From Eledone cirrhosa (taxonomy: Eukaryota), in the NCBI GenBank assembly GCA_964016885.1, contig OZ024759.1, forward strand, positions 4,712,001 to 4,776,000: 64,000 nucleotides of DNA. The letters run 5' to 3'. The notes beneath the pieces are model-generated. The model did not search any database, had not been told where the DNA came from, and was given only the letters and a program-made list of their open reading frames with translations. Positions 50,899 through 62,120 of the stretch are shown here, one piece after another (position 1 is the first letter of the stretch; every line of letters begins with the position of its first letter). The translations under genes were made by a program, and so were the position numbers.

Positions 50899-52489
50899 TG
50901 AGTTTAATTAATTTAAATTTCAGAGTTGTTATCTTTCATCCTTTGAGTGTATCCCATTTACAATAGTAACTCTATAACCCTGCATGTTGTAGAAAGAGCC
51001 TAAAATAGTTTGGCATCAAGAAGGGCATCCAGCAGCAAAATAATGCCTCAATACTATATATCATCATCATCATTGGATGCGCAATGTCAATGTGCATGAA
51101 TGAGCAAGCATAGACGAGTTGAGAAAGAAATTGTGTATAATAGGGATAAGCTGTAGTGTGTGGGAGAGAAGACTGCGTTGGTATAGACATATGATGTGCA
51201 TGGAGGATGACTGCTGGGTAAAGAAGTGCCAAGAAATCCCAGTAGAAAGAAGATGCAGTAGAGGAAGACCACGAAAATCATGGACGAAGGTGGTGAGATC
51301 TGACCTCAGATTGCTGAAGCTCATGGAGGAGATGACGAAAGACTGTGATGAATGGAGAGATGCTGTGCTGTATAGGACCCATCCCACCCTTGCAAGCAGG
51401 GAAAAGCGGACGTAAAATGATGATGATGATCATCATCATGGTTATCATCATCATCATCATCATTGTTTAACATCCATCTTCCACACTAGTCTGGATTAGA
51501 TGGTTTTGTTCCACTTGAGGTGAGATTGGTCTGGAGACCGTGTCTTGCTTGTACAGAACTGTCTTTGGTAGGTTTTTTACCCCTGGAGGCCCTTCCTAAC
51601 ACCAACCACATTTACAGTGTACATCTTCTGTTTATTACATAATTCTGTTATACGTATTTTGAAGATGTCAGAGTGGTTGCATAACTTTCTGACATGTTCT
51701 CTTCAGACAAGTTGAAATTTGTGTTCTTTTATTTTGTTTTTGATATGCTACCAAGGAGTGGGGGTTAGAGTTGTGTTTGCATTCCTGTCCAGTTGTTATA
51801 TGGTTTGGATGGCTATTCTAGTAGGCAGATATAAAGCAGGAGGTGCTATTGTTGCTGACATACTAGGGATGCTAAGTAGGTTAAGGTATCAAATTACCAG
51901 AGGGGTAAGTCATCACCCCACCCCCCGTTCATATATGTTAAAGAATTTGTTCGAATAATCTACTTATTTTTTTATTTATTTGAACTTTGTTTATTTGTTT
52001 GAACTACATAGCTATATATCCAGGCTGTGTATTATTAGAGAAGGTGATTCTTGTGTAACTATGTAAGGATGCATTAAATGTATAGATTTAGTCATTATGT
52101 TCAGCTCTAGGTGGAAGTTAGCATGGAACGTGTTAACTATCTAATCTAAGGAAAGTTTTAGATATTTTATGCATACAAGTATTAACTCTTTAGCATTTAC
52201 ATTACTCTGTAATGTATTTTCTCTGTAAAGTCTTTACCTCACATAATAATCTCACATAATATCAAATCCACAAGATTTTGATATTATTTATTTTGAGAAC
52301 AATACCTTAACAAAAGTATGAGCAGCCAGTTACGGCTGGTTTGAACAGAAAAAGCACCACCTACACTCCACTCCTACTATAACCATGACAGCCACCTCCA
52401 CTCCACCACCACCTACACTCCACTCCCACTATAACCACGACAGCCACCAACACTCCCCTCCCACTATAACCATGACAACCACCACTCAC

Positions 52490-52624
52490 CTTTACAAGTG
52501 TTATTCACATCAATATATCCATCTTTACATCCAGTCACACATTTGCCAGTCAATTGATCACATGTCTTTCTGCAGTTGTTGCACTCTTCTTTACAATTTC
52601 TTCCATAGAATCCAGGGAGACATT
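52490..52624 (-). CDS. EGF-like exon 1 (135 nt)
   Basis: ttctag acceptor, GTGAGT donor; CLPGFYGRNCKEECNNCRKTCDQLTGKCVTGCKDGYIDVNNTCK. Confidence 0.85.
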
Positions 52625-52820
52625 CTAGAAAGACAAACAATCTTAGTCATTATTTCAATCTAGGGCAGTGGATTGGCAGAATCGGTGGAGCATCGAACAC
52701 CATGCTTTGCGGCATAAAGTTATGGCCCTTTATGATCTGAGTTCAAATCGCGCCGAGGTTAACTTTGCTTTTCATCCTTACGGGGTCTTGTGCCTATATA
52801 AGGAACCATTATTTTAATCA

Positions 52821-53045
52821 AGGGCGGTGGATTGGCAGTATCGTTAGAGTGTCGAACACCATGCTTTGCGGTATTGAGTTACGACCCTTTCCATTCTGAG
52901 TTCAAAACCCGCCAAAGTTAGCTTGGCCTTTCATCCTTACGGGGTCGATAAAATAAAGTACCAGTCACACACTGGGGTCATTTAAATCGACTTTCCCCCT
53001 TCCCTTCAAATTGCTGGCCTTGTGCCAACAGTAGAAACAATTATT
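52821..53045 (+). mobile_element. Second SINE family; copies at about 10890-11066, 16160-16340, 18140-18300, 19630-19825, 23975-24165, 50605-50797, 52662-52810 and 55997-56205
   Basis: gggcggtggattggcag head, gagttcaaatccc B-box, conserved core gcctttcatccttacggggtcgataaaataaagtaccag. Confidence 0.75.
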
Positions 53046-53075
53046 TCAATCTGCACTTTGACAATGCTGTTTATT

Positions 53076-53738
53076 TTAACCCTTTAGCATTTACATTACC
53101 CTGTATTTACTATTGTATTTTCATGGTAAAGGCTTTACCTCACATAATTATCTCACATAACATTTACATTACTCTGTATTTACTATTGTATTTTCATGGT
53201 AAAGGCTTTACCTCACATAATTATCTCACATAACATTTACATTACCCTGTATTTACTATTGTATTTTCATGGTAAAGGCTTTACCTCACATAATTATCTC
53301 ACATAACATTTACATTACTCTGTATTTACTATTGTATTTTCATGGTAAAGGCTTTACCTCACATAATTATTTCACATAACATTTACATTACCCTGTATTT
53401 ACTATTGTATTTTCATGGTAAAGGCTTTACCTCACATAATTATCTCACATAACATTTACATTACTCTGTATTTACTATTGTATTTTCATGGTAAAGGCTT
53501 TACCTTACATAATTATCTCACATAATATTTACATTACCCTGTATTTACTATTGTATTTTCATGGTAAAGGCTTTACCTCACATAATTATCTCACATAATA
53601 TTGAATCTACGAGATTTTAATATTATTTATTTTGAGAAGAAAACCTTAACATCAGTATGAGTGGCCAGTTGCAGCTGATTTGAACAGAGGTTAGAGAATT
53701 CTGGCCGGATATGGCCAGTTTAAATGCTAAAGGGTTAA
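53076..53738 (+). mobile_element. piggyBac-like MITE with an internal 73-bp segment amplified 7 times
   Basis: TTAA-CCCTTTAGCATTTA ... TAAATGCTAAAGGG-TTAA termini. Confidence 0.8.
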
Positions 53739-55407
53739 ACTGTTTACATTCCATTATAATTTCATGTAAGAACCTTTGTTAAGTTATATTCCAAACCACC
53801 TGAAACTGCTCCAGGTTCTATGCTACAAAATTGTTTATTCCAAAGCCTTTATATTATCTAAAAATCTTCCATCTAATTTCATGTAAGAACCTTTGTTAAG
53901 TTACATTCCAAACCACCTGAAACTGCCCTTATTCCACTTTAAGTTTACGGTTCATTTCTTTTTCATTTAGAATTGTCTCCTGCAAGAACATAGATGAAAA
54001 TGGATGAAAATGCACAAAAATTCAAACTGGTTATAATCAACAAGTAAAATCTTTTTCATTTTTTTTTTTTTGGCATGGCATTGGAAAAGCATCACACTGT
54101 CTAAAAAAGTCTGTCTTAAACCATAAGGCTTGTTAGGCCAATGCTTATCTCGGTTTCATGGCATGAAGCAACTTGAAGTACAAGACACCTTGCTGTGAAG
54201 GCACATGGCTTAGTGGTTAGAGCATTGGGCTTGCAATTGAAAGGTTGTGAGTTCAATTCTCGGACCAGGTGATGTGTTGTTTCCTTGAGCAAGACACTTT
54301 ATTTCACATTGCTCCAGTTTACTCAGCTGTAGAAATGAAATGATAGGACTGGGGTCCCTATCATTAAATTACCCTAGACACCTCCAACGAGATATACCTT
54401 GGAGGAGGCCAGCTAAACCTGCATATGTGTGAGCTGTAACAACAACAACCTCGCTGGACAGGACACCAGTCCATCACAGTGTTAAACCTCCAGCTATTAC
54501 AGGTACTCATTTTCAGCTATATAATACAATATATTTTTCGTTAGGCTGGTGCTTATCTCTGTTTCATGGCGTGAAGCGACTGGGAGTACAAGATTCCCCC
54601 CTGGACAGGACACCAGTCCATCACAGGGTTAAACCTCCAGCTATTACTGGTACTCATTTTCAGCTGAGTATACTGGAGCAATGTGAAGTGAAGTGTTTTG
54701 CTCAAGAACACAACATGTAACCCAGCTCAGGAATCGAACCCATGACATTATGATTCTATGTCCAACACCCTTACCACTAGGCAATGCACCAAACTGTGCA
54801 ACTCCTAAATATTTTTGTATCTCCTCGTGTTTGTGTTTTTGTAGTTTTTATGTCAAATGAATTCAGAGCATAATCGACATGAGATGATTTCAACTAAAAC
54901 CTGTTTCCCTATAAATATGAAACACCCTAATATATATGTATATATGTTAAAGGTATATTATAAAGAGAAAGGACCTGCTGGCTGAGCTCTTGCTCTTTAT
55001 AAAATAGCCATGCTCTACTACTGTGGGCTTTGTGTTGTGTTCTTGAGCAAGACACTTTATTTCACGTTGCTCCAGATCACTCAGCTGTGGAAATGGGTTG
55101 CGATGTCACTGGTGCCAAGCTGTATCGGCCATTGCCTTTCCCTTGGACAATATCAGTGGCATAGAGAGGGGAGGCTGTTATGCATGGGCTACTGCTGGTC
55201 TTCTACAAAACAACCTTGCCCAGACTTGTGCCTTGGAGGGGAACTTTCTAGACTCAAATTCTATGGACATTCGTGACCGAAGGATCTCTTTACCTTTTAC
55301 CCTTACTAACCCATGTATCGAATACTCTGTTCAGTAATGGTCTAACTAGTTTTAAACTGGTTCTATCCTGATTTATGTTAAAGGTATAAAGGTATCTATA
55401 TACTTAC

Positions 55408-55608
55408 GAAAGACCTCCACTTCACACATGCTAAGGCTAGGTCCTGACAGCAGAATTATTGTGATTTTGTTGCCCTTAACAGGACTAGAACATTGCACAT
55501 CAATAACTTTTGTCTTCTCTAGATTGGAAATCTTCTTACATATTCTGTGTTTTTTGTCATTTGATACCAACACTATTATTGAGAATTTATTTTGTGCTGC
55601 AGAAAAAC
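55408..55608 (-). CDS. Exon encoding the C-terminal part of a fucolectin/galactose-binding-like domain
   Basis: ttaccag acceptor (alternative in-frame ctgcag 12 nt inside) and GTAAGT donor; 201 nt; ends ...CSSPVKGNKITIILLSGPSLSMCEVEVF, matching the LxLCEVEV end motif of F-type lectin-like domains. Confidence 0.75.
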
Positions 55609-56918
55609 CTGGTAAGAAAGTTAAAACAAAAAACAAATAGCAATGGTATTTGGTGGTGGTGGTGGTGGTGGTGAGGAGGAGGGAGGTTTGGGTAAAGTTT
55701 AGTCAAAAAGTGATTGGCAAACATGGGCTTGGACCAGTGCAAGATTTAGGGCACATGAAGCCCTGTGCTAGTTATGTTATGAGGCCTCTTACTCATAAAA
55801 AATTCATCATAAAAAATTGTGCCAAATTTAGAATTAACCGTTTAGCATTTAAACCGGTTGTATTCGGCCAGAATTTTCTCAACTCTTTCTATTCAAACTG
55901 GCTGTAACTGGACACTCATACTTATATTAAGGTATTGTTCTCAAAATAAATAACATCAAAATCTCATAGATTCGATATTATGTGAGATAATTATGAGGGC
56001 GGTGGATTGGCAGTAACGGTAGAGGGTCGGACGCCATGCTTTGCCGCATGGAGTTACGGCCCTTTATGATTTTAGTTCAATCCCGCCGAGGTTAACTTTG
56101 CCTTTCATCCTTATGGGGTTGATAAAATAAAGTACCAGTCACTCACTGGGGTCGATTTAATCGACGTTCCCCTACCCCAAAATTGCTGACCTTGTGCCTA
56201 TATAAAAATCCCTTATGTGATATAATTATGAGGTAAAGCCTTTACTGTGAAAATACAATAGTATATATAGAGTAATGTAAATGTTATGTGAGATATTATG
56301 TGAGGTAAAGCCTTTACTGTGAAAATACAATAGTATATATAGAGTAATGTAAATGTTATGTGAGATATTATGTGAGGTAAAGCCTTTACTGTGACAATAC
56401 AATAGTATATATAGAGTAATGTAAATGTTATGTGAGGTAAAGCCTTTACTGTGTAAATACAATAGTATATATAGAGTAATGTAAATGTTATGTGAGATAT
56501 TATGTGAGGTAAAGCCTTTACTGTGACAATACAATAGTATATATAGAGTAATGTAAATGTTATGTGAGGTATTATGTGAGGTAAAGCCTTTACTGTGACA
56601 AAACAATAGTATATATAGAGTAATGTAAATGTTATGTGAGGTAAAGCCTTTACTGTGTAAATACAATAGTATATATAGAGTGGTTTCTTTATTTGCCACT
56701 AGGGCACAAAAGGTAGGGACAGATACAAGGGGGGAAGTTTACATATAATTAACGAGTACAAAAATATAACAATGAAATAACAACAACAAACGAAGTCCTC
56801 AATAGGGAGGGGGCATTAACATGGGTCGCACACACCCCGGAAAAAATGTGTAACCCTTCTCCTCAGGAGCACAAAGAGTAGGTGCTTCCCTCGTCTCCGC
56901 TTTTTCCTCTTCTTTCAC

Positions 56919-59900
56919 CTACAGGCTGATATAGAGAGAAGACCCATTCACTCTGGCCATTCTCCCTACTTTCACCCACCTTTCATAAAACTTGCTGGGG
57001 TAGAGCACCTCTCTCTCCATTCTGATCCTTCTTTTAAAATGGTATTTGAAAAAGGGGACCAGTTGTTGGCCGGAGAGAAAGGTGTCTGACCTCAGCCCTT
57101 TCAGCCTCGTCCACCATACAACTTCTTTAGCCATGGCTACCACACAGAGAAAAACCGCCTCTCCTTCGTTTTTGAAAGGGGGAGGCGGTTTGATCGTGAC
57201 AATGGACTCGGTGGTCAACCGGATTGGTCCCACCCTCGACAGTAGTCGTTCCACATAGCCCCACAGGTCAGCAATGCCTGGGCAGTGTACGAATGCGTGC
57301 GCAACGGTTTCGTCATCATGCACGCATCTCGGACAGATCTTATTCAAAGGATCTCTACCCAGGCTCCCATGCCTGTGGAGCTTGTCTCGAACGGGTAGAG
57401 CCCCTCGGTAGCACTGCCAAGCCAGGGACTTTTGGAAGTTGTCCATCGGTCCAGGGCCAAACGTCCTACCGAACAGACTGGCCAGTTCATCTTCCTCCAT
57501 GCCTAGAGCTTCTCCGAGAGCATCGTCGCACCTGCTGCGTACCAACCCTCTATAGAATGTCGAGGTGGAGTCTCCACTGATTGCCGGGTCCGCTTTCCAG
57601 AGGGCCGTGAGCGCCTGGGCACATTCAATGTGCCAGTCGCCCACTTTTCTCGGTCTTTGCTTGACCCAGGATTGCAGCTCGGTGAGCGAGACGAGTCTGG
57701 GAAAGGCTCGCCTCACAAACGGGGCCCACACCGGTTGACCGGTGAGGAATACCTGGAGGTGCCGTAGCCTTAATGCGTGTTTACGCATCTGTAGCCACGG
57801 CATCCCCAGCCCTCCTTTCGAAGGGTGTTGACAGCAGATGGATCTCCTCACCAAAGGGGTCCGCTTGTTCCAAAGAAATTGGAACAGCGCGCACTCCATT
57901 TTGGCGAGTCTTTTCACTGGGCAAGGCACGACGGTCAAGCGGTAGTAGATGACGGATGCTATATAAGTATTCGCCACCTCCGCTCGACCTTTCAGGGATA
58001 GTTTGCACTGGGCCCACTTCTGGGTGAGTGCAAACACCCTGGCCGTTACCTCGTTCCAGTTTTTCTCCACCTGGAGGTCTGGTCCGAACCAGACCCCAAG
58101 CAGCTTCACCGGGCCCTCCGTCCAGCGTCCGACGACGTCGTTGGAGGGCATCGGTTTGCCTCTCCATGTTCCGAGTTGCAAACCGACGGACTTGTCCCGG
58201 TTCAGCTTGGCTCCTGTAAACCTTTCATATTCCTCCAGTAAGGTGCCGATCTCACCGATTTGCGAGGTTTTCGACACCATTACTGTCACGTCATCGGCGT
58301 AGGCCGACGCCGCTTTCTGCAATCCCGGTTCCAAAGGGATGCCCTGCAACCGCTCCAACTTCCGCAGTAGTGGCTCAAGAGCCAGCACATACAGTAGGGA
58401 GGAGAGAGGGCATCCCTGTCGGATGGATCGCATGATTTGGAACGGCTCCGAGAGGTGGCCGTTCACCTTGACCCTTGAGCAGACGTTGCTGCTGTGCATC
58501 GCAGCAATCCAACCCCTGAAAACGGGTCCGAAGCCTGCCGCCGCGAGCACCGCATCCAGGTAACGATGGTCAACCCTATCGAAAGCTTTAGATTGATCCA
58601 AGTTGATCAGGGCCCCACCAAAGCCGGGTTCATTCCCTACCCTCTCTATGATGTATCGCATAAGGTGGAGATTGTCGTGAATGGACCTGGACGGGATTGC
58701 GCATGTCTGCGCTTCTCCCACCAGGTTTCCAACGACAAGCGCCAACCTCTTCGCTAACACCTTGGCCAAAATCTTTAACTCTGTATTTAGCAGAGTTATG
58801 GGCCTGAAGTTACTTATGTCATCCCCCTTGTTCTCATCCTTCCTCACCAGCGTAACTACGCCCTTGGTCACAGAACTGGGAATTCTCCCGTTCTGCTGCC
58901 AGTTGCAGTAGACCGCTTCGAGGATATCGGAGAACAAGTCCGGCATCGCTACATATAGCTCGTATGGTAGACCATCGAGACCCGGGGATTTGCGTTTGCC
59001 GCATTGGCTCAGCGCCGCCCCTATCTCAGCAGCTGAAATCGTCCTTTCGCAGGACTTCGCCTCCGCGTCCGAGAGGCGCGGCAGACCGTCGAGGTATGGA
59101 TTGAAATCCATAGTCTCACCCGGCGCGCCGCCCCTCTCGAACAGTCGTGCAAAGTGCCGCTGAAAGGCCGCACACATCTGCCCAGGTTCAAGGATCACAC
59201 GCCCATCCTGGTCCTTCAAAGACCGAATCGTGGACTTGTTCCCACTTTTTGCCTCTGTCACTCGGGCCCAGCTCACAGCTTTGGCTCCCTCATTACCCAG
59301 AGCACGTATTTTACTCCTGACAACGCAGCCTTCATGCTTCACCTCAAAGAACTGGTCTAAGGCCATTCTTGATGCCAGCACGCCGGCTACATTGCCACTC
59401 CTAATCGCCTCTTCTACTCTATCTACTAATTCCCTTTCCGTCTTGTTCCTATCCCTTGCTAATTCCTGACTAAAACCTATCGATTCTATTCTAATTGCTC
59501 TCTTAAGAGAGCTCCACCACCTGTTGTTGACAATTGCCCCTGTCAAACTCTGCTTAACTAACGTGCTAATCCGTTTACTGTAAGCTTTGCTTCTCGGTAA
59601 GGACAAGTTCAGCTTCCAGTAACCGGGTCCCTGTCTATGGGTTCTATCAAGGTTGGCTATGCAGGTCACTAACTTGTGATCCGAATAGTCAACCATGAAC
59701 ATTTTTGGACAGCTAAATGTGTCCCTATCGTTCTCTCTAACTAGGACCCTATCTAGGTACGACCTAGATGTTCCACTGCGATTGGTCCACGTCCATAGTG
59801 GTACAGTCGGAAAATCTAGTCGATATCTATCGGCCAGGTCAAATCGGCCGATTAACCTTTTGAGGCTTTTACACCCCCCTCTATTGGCACATGCCCCTAC

Positions 59901-60356
59901 ATAGTCCCAACGTGCATCCAGGATACCATTCCAGTCCCCCACTAAAAGCAAGGAGCGGGACGTTCCCAGAAAAGTTTCCAGACGTTGGAAGTATTCCGGC
60001 CGCGCTGCCCAAAAAGGGGCGTACACAGCTATTAGTCTAAGGGCTCCACTTTCACTACTGCCGACGTCTAAAACCACCAGTCGACCCTCCGGGTCCAGGT
60101 GCACCTTCTGTATGGCGAGGCCCAGGTGTTTTCGCAGCAGAACGACAACTCCACCCCCACCCCCCGGTTGACAGAGAGATGCGAAGATCTCAAAGTCGTC
60201 GAAGAGGGGCGCCAGTTGGTGCTCGCTGCTGATCCTGGACTCGCAAATAGCCATTACATCCATTCTATGCGACCTGAGATCGTTTAAAAGTTTGCCTTGT
60301 TTCCAAGACAGTCCCAGGCCACGTACATTCAGACACCCAACTCTTATATCAGCCAT
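56919..60356 (-). CDS. ORF2: APE endonuclease, reverse transcriptase and C-terminal zf-RVT
   Basis: 1145 aa uninterrupted; CLNVRGL, VYAP, GDWN, YSDH, FRPITLLN, KAFDRV, QGCPLS, YADD, CPRC..ETVAHAFVHC. Confidence 0.93.
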   Translation of the reverse strand: MADIRVGCLNVRGLGLSWKQGKLLNDLRSHRMDVMAICESRISSEHQLAPLFDDFEIFASLCQPGGGGGVVVLLRKHLGLAIQKVHLDPEGRLVVLDVGSSESGALRLIAVYAPFWAARPEYFQRLETFLGTSRSLLLVGDWNGILDARWDYVGACANRGGCKSLKRLIGRFDLADRYRLDFPTVPLWTWTNRSGTSRSYLDRVLVRENDRDTFSCPKMFMVDYSDHKLVTCIANLDRTHRQGPGYWKLNLSLPRSKAYSKRISTLVKQSLTGAIVNNRWWSSLKRAIRIESIGFSQELARDRNKTERELVDRVEEAIRSGNVAGVLASRMALDQFFEVKHEGCVVRSKIRALGNEGAKAVSWARVTEAKSGNKSTIRSLKDQDGRVILEPGQMCAAFQRHFARLFERGGAPGETMDFNPYLDGLPRLSDAEAKSCERTISAAEIGAALSQCGKRKSPGLDGLPYELYVAMPDLFSDILEAVYCNWQQNGRIPSSVTKGVVTLVRKDENKGDDISNFRPITLLNTELKILAKVLAKRLALVVGNLVGEAQTCAIPSRSIHDNLHLMRYIIERVGNEPGFGGALINLDQSKAFDRVDHRYLDAVLAAAGFGPVFRGWIAAMHSSNVCSRVKVNGHLSEPFQIMRSIRQGCPLSSLLYVLALEPLLRKLERLQGIPLEPGLQKAASAYADDVTVMVSKTSQIGEIGTLLEEYERFTGAKLNRDKSVGLQLGTWRGKPMPSNDVVGRWTEGPVKLLGVWFGPDLQVEKNWNEVTARVFALTQKWAQCKLSLKGRAEVANTYIASVIYYRLTVVPCPVKRLAKMECALFQFLWNKRTPLVRRSICCQHPSKGGLGMPWLQMRKHALRLRHLQVFLTGQPVWAPFVRRAFPRLVSLTELQSWVKQRPRKVGDWHIECAQALTALWKADPAISGDSTSTFYRGLVRSRCDDALGEALGMEEDELASLFGRTFGPGPMDNFQKSLAWQCYRGALPVRDKLHRHGSLGRDPLNKICPRCVHDDETVAHAFVHCPGIADLWGYVERLLSRVGPIRLTTESIVTIKPPPPFKNEGEAVFLCVVAMAKEVVWWTRLKGLRSDTFLSGQQLVPFFKYHFKRRIRMEREVLYPSKFYERWVKVGRMARVNGSSLYISL

Positions 60357-60377
60357 GTTGGTTAAAAGAGGAAGGAC

Positions 60378-62120
60378 CTACCTGTTCGGCTCCTGAGGAG
60401 CAGGTTGCACAATATCCATGGGCGTATTGGAGGGGTTGTTTGGTGGGGTGTTGTTCTGTGGTGGAGTGGGGGTGTTTGGTGAGGTGTGGGTGGGGAAACG
60501 TTTCAAGAGGACGCGGTTATAGGGTCGAGTACATGTTTTCCCCACGTCCTCAGGAAAGTTCTCTCTTAGTTTTGCATAGGTGTCCATTGGGAGTCTTATC
60601 ATTTTTAAATGCGGTTTGTTGGCCGCGCTTGCAAAGAATTGTCCTTCAGTTTCCACCAAAGGGTCTTTGTGTATTGTTTTTACTAGTTCTTTGTTATTTG
60701 TGTTAATGTATGTATACTGTTTTATTTGTGTTGTGTTTGTTTGTTGTTCTTGTGTGTGCTTACGTTTTGTTGTATGTGTTATGTTTTGGGGTGGGGCGGA
60801 TTTTGTTTGTTCTGTTTGTTTTGTTTTTGTTGGTGGTTGTGTGTTTGTTTCGTTTATGTTCGAGTGGTGCTTTCTTTTTTTCCTTTTTACAGGTTGGAAG
60901 GGTTCCCCCTCTTCGTCACTAGGTGCCGTTTCCGCTGGGTCCTCGTCCGTGCTGTCGGGTAGTGGTGTATTTTGGGGTTTTGTTGTATTTGTGTGTGTTT
61001 TGGGAGTTGTTTTGGGTGGGGCCGTGTCTTGTGTTATTTTTCCCTGTTGTTTTTGTTGTTGTTGTGGTGGTGGTGGTGGAGGTGGTGGTGGTGGTGGTGG
61101 TGGCGGTGGTGGTGTGTGGGGTGTAGGCAAAAGAGCCTTTTTTTTTGTCAATTGAGGACAAGCAGCCCTTAGATGACCCCTGCTTGAACAGTAGTAACAT
61201 ATGGGCCTCCTACCCTCGGCTGAAATATATATAAATGTTTCTCCATCGAGGGACACCCTCTGTGGTATTCTAGCGATTCGTTCTGGTCTCATTTGGACCA
61301 GAACCTCCACGCTCAAACCGCCGAAAACGTCTGTGGTGACTTCTCCTACTGAGAGGATTCCGTCCTCGTCTTCTAAAAACCCTGTTAGTACCCAGGAAAT
61401 GCATGCATTTGGCCGGATTCCGGAGACCCTTATCTTCTGCGTTCTTTTCCCTAAATATGTGGGGAAAAATGTATGTAGCTTGGAAACAATTGGTGCCACA
61501 GAGTATTTCCTGGCCGTCAATTGATCCTTCATTAGGACCGTTATATTCCCATAGAGTGGCCCTTTTTGTATGAACGATATATCACTCCACACATTTTTTA
61601 GGACCAGCTCAATCTCTTTTTGGGATAATTGAGTTGGTTTCCTTGTTATGTTGGAAATTGTTCTGAAAGATATCGTTCTTAGCGTCGTGTCTCTTTTGAT
61701 TTCTTGTGGGGAGGTGATTGTGAAGTCTCCTCCTTCTTTGAAAGTTACATACTGTTTCGCTTCCTTCATCTTTTCTCTCAGAGTTGTAATGTCCAGTTGC
61801 TTGCAGGTTTGTGTTTTCCGGACCGCCTGTGCAAAGGAGGTACCAGTAGTGGGTTCGCTTTGTTTGGTGTTATCGTTATTTTTTCCTTGGTTGGTGTTGT
61901 GACTATTGCTGTTATTGTCGTTGTTGTTTTTGTCTGCGTTTATGTGACTTTCTGGGTTTTCACCCATTTTTTCAAATTTTTCTTTTAATTCCGTGTTCCA
62001 TGTTTCTTTTGCAGAAGTCAGGAGGGAAGACTTAGAGCCTTGTGCTTCTAGCTTCTCTGTATCACCTTTCTTAGGGGGCGTGGCTTTCACGTTAGGATGA
62101 GATGTGAAAATTCCGTCCAT
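60378..62120 (-). CDS. ORF1: gag-like nucleic-acid-binding protein with a CCHC zinc knuckle
   Basis: CYYCSSRGHLRAAC knuckle, SFAQAV motif, poly-P/Q tract, KRKKRK NLS-like motif; first ATG at 62120; stop lies about 20 nt before the ORF2 ATG. Confidence 0.85.
   Translation of the reverse strand: MDGIFTSHPNVKATPPKKGDTEKLEAQGSKSSLLTSAKETWNTELKEKFEKMGENPESHINADKNNNDNNSNSHNTNQGKNNDNTKQSEPTTGTSFAQAVRKTQTCKQLDITTLREKMKEAKQYVTFKEGGDFTITSPQEIKRDTTLRTISFRTISNITRKPTQLSQKEIELVLKNVWSDISFIQKGPLYGNITVLMKDQLTARKYSVAPIVSKLHTFFPTYLGKRTQKIRVSGIRPNACISWVLTGFLEDEDGILSVGEVTTDVFGGLSVEVLVQMRPERIARIPQRVSLDGETFIYISAEGRRPICYYCSSRGHLRAACPQLTKKKALLPTPHTPPPPPPPPPPPPPPPPQQQQKQQGKITQDTAPPKTTPKTHTNTTKPQNTPLPDSTDEDPAETAPSDEEGEPFQPVKRKKRKHHSNINETNTQPPTKTKQTEQTKSAPPQNITHTTKRKHTQEQQTNTTQIKQYTYINTNNKELVKTIHKDPLVETEGQFFASAANKPHLKMIRLPMDTYAKLRENFPEDVGKTCTRPYNRVLLKRFPTHTSPNTPTPPQNNTPPNNPSNTPMDIVQPAPQEPNR

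Larger units (their letters stand above)
9406..55608 (-). other. Partial multi-exon gene: lectin-like domain followed by a tandem EGF-like array (MEGF10/Draper/SREC-like receptor); start and end lie outside the window or were not recognised
   Basis: 15 exons read by eye, all phase 1 at both ends. EGF exons follow CxxGxFGxNCxxxCHCxDxxxCxxxTGxCxxGxCxxGYxGxxCQ. No signal peptide, TM or stop exon found. Confidence 0.85.
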
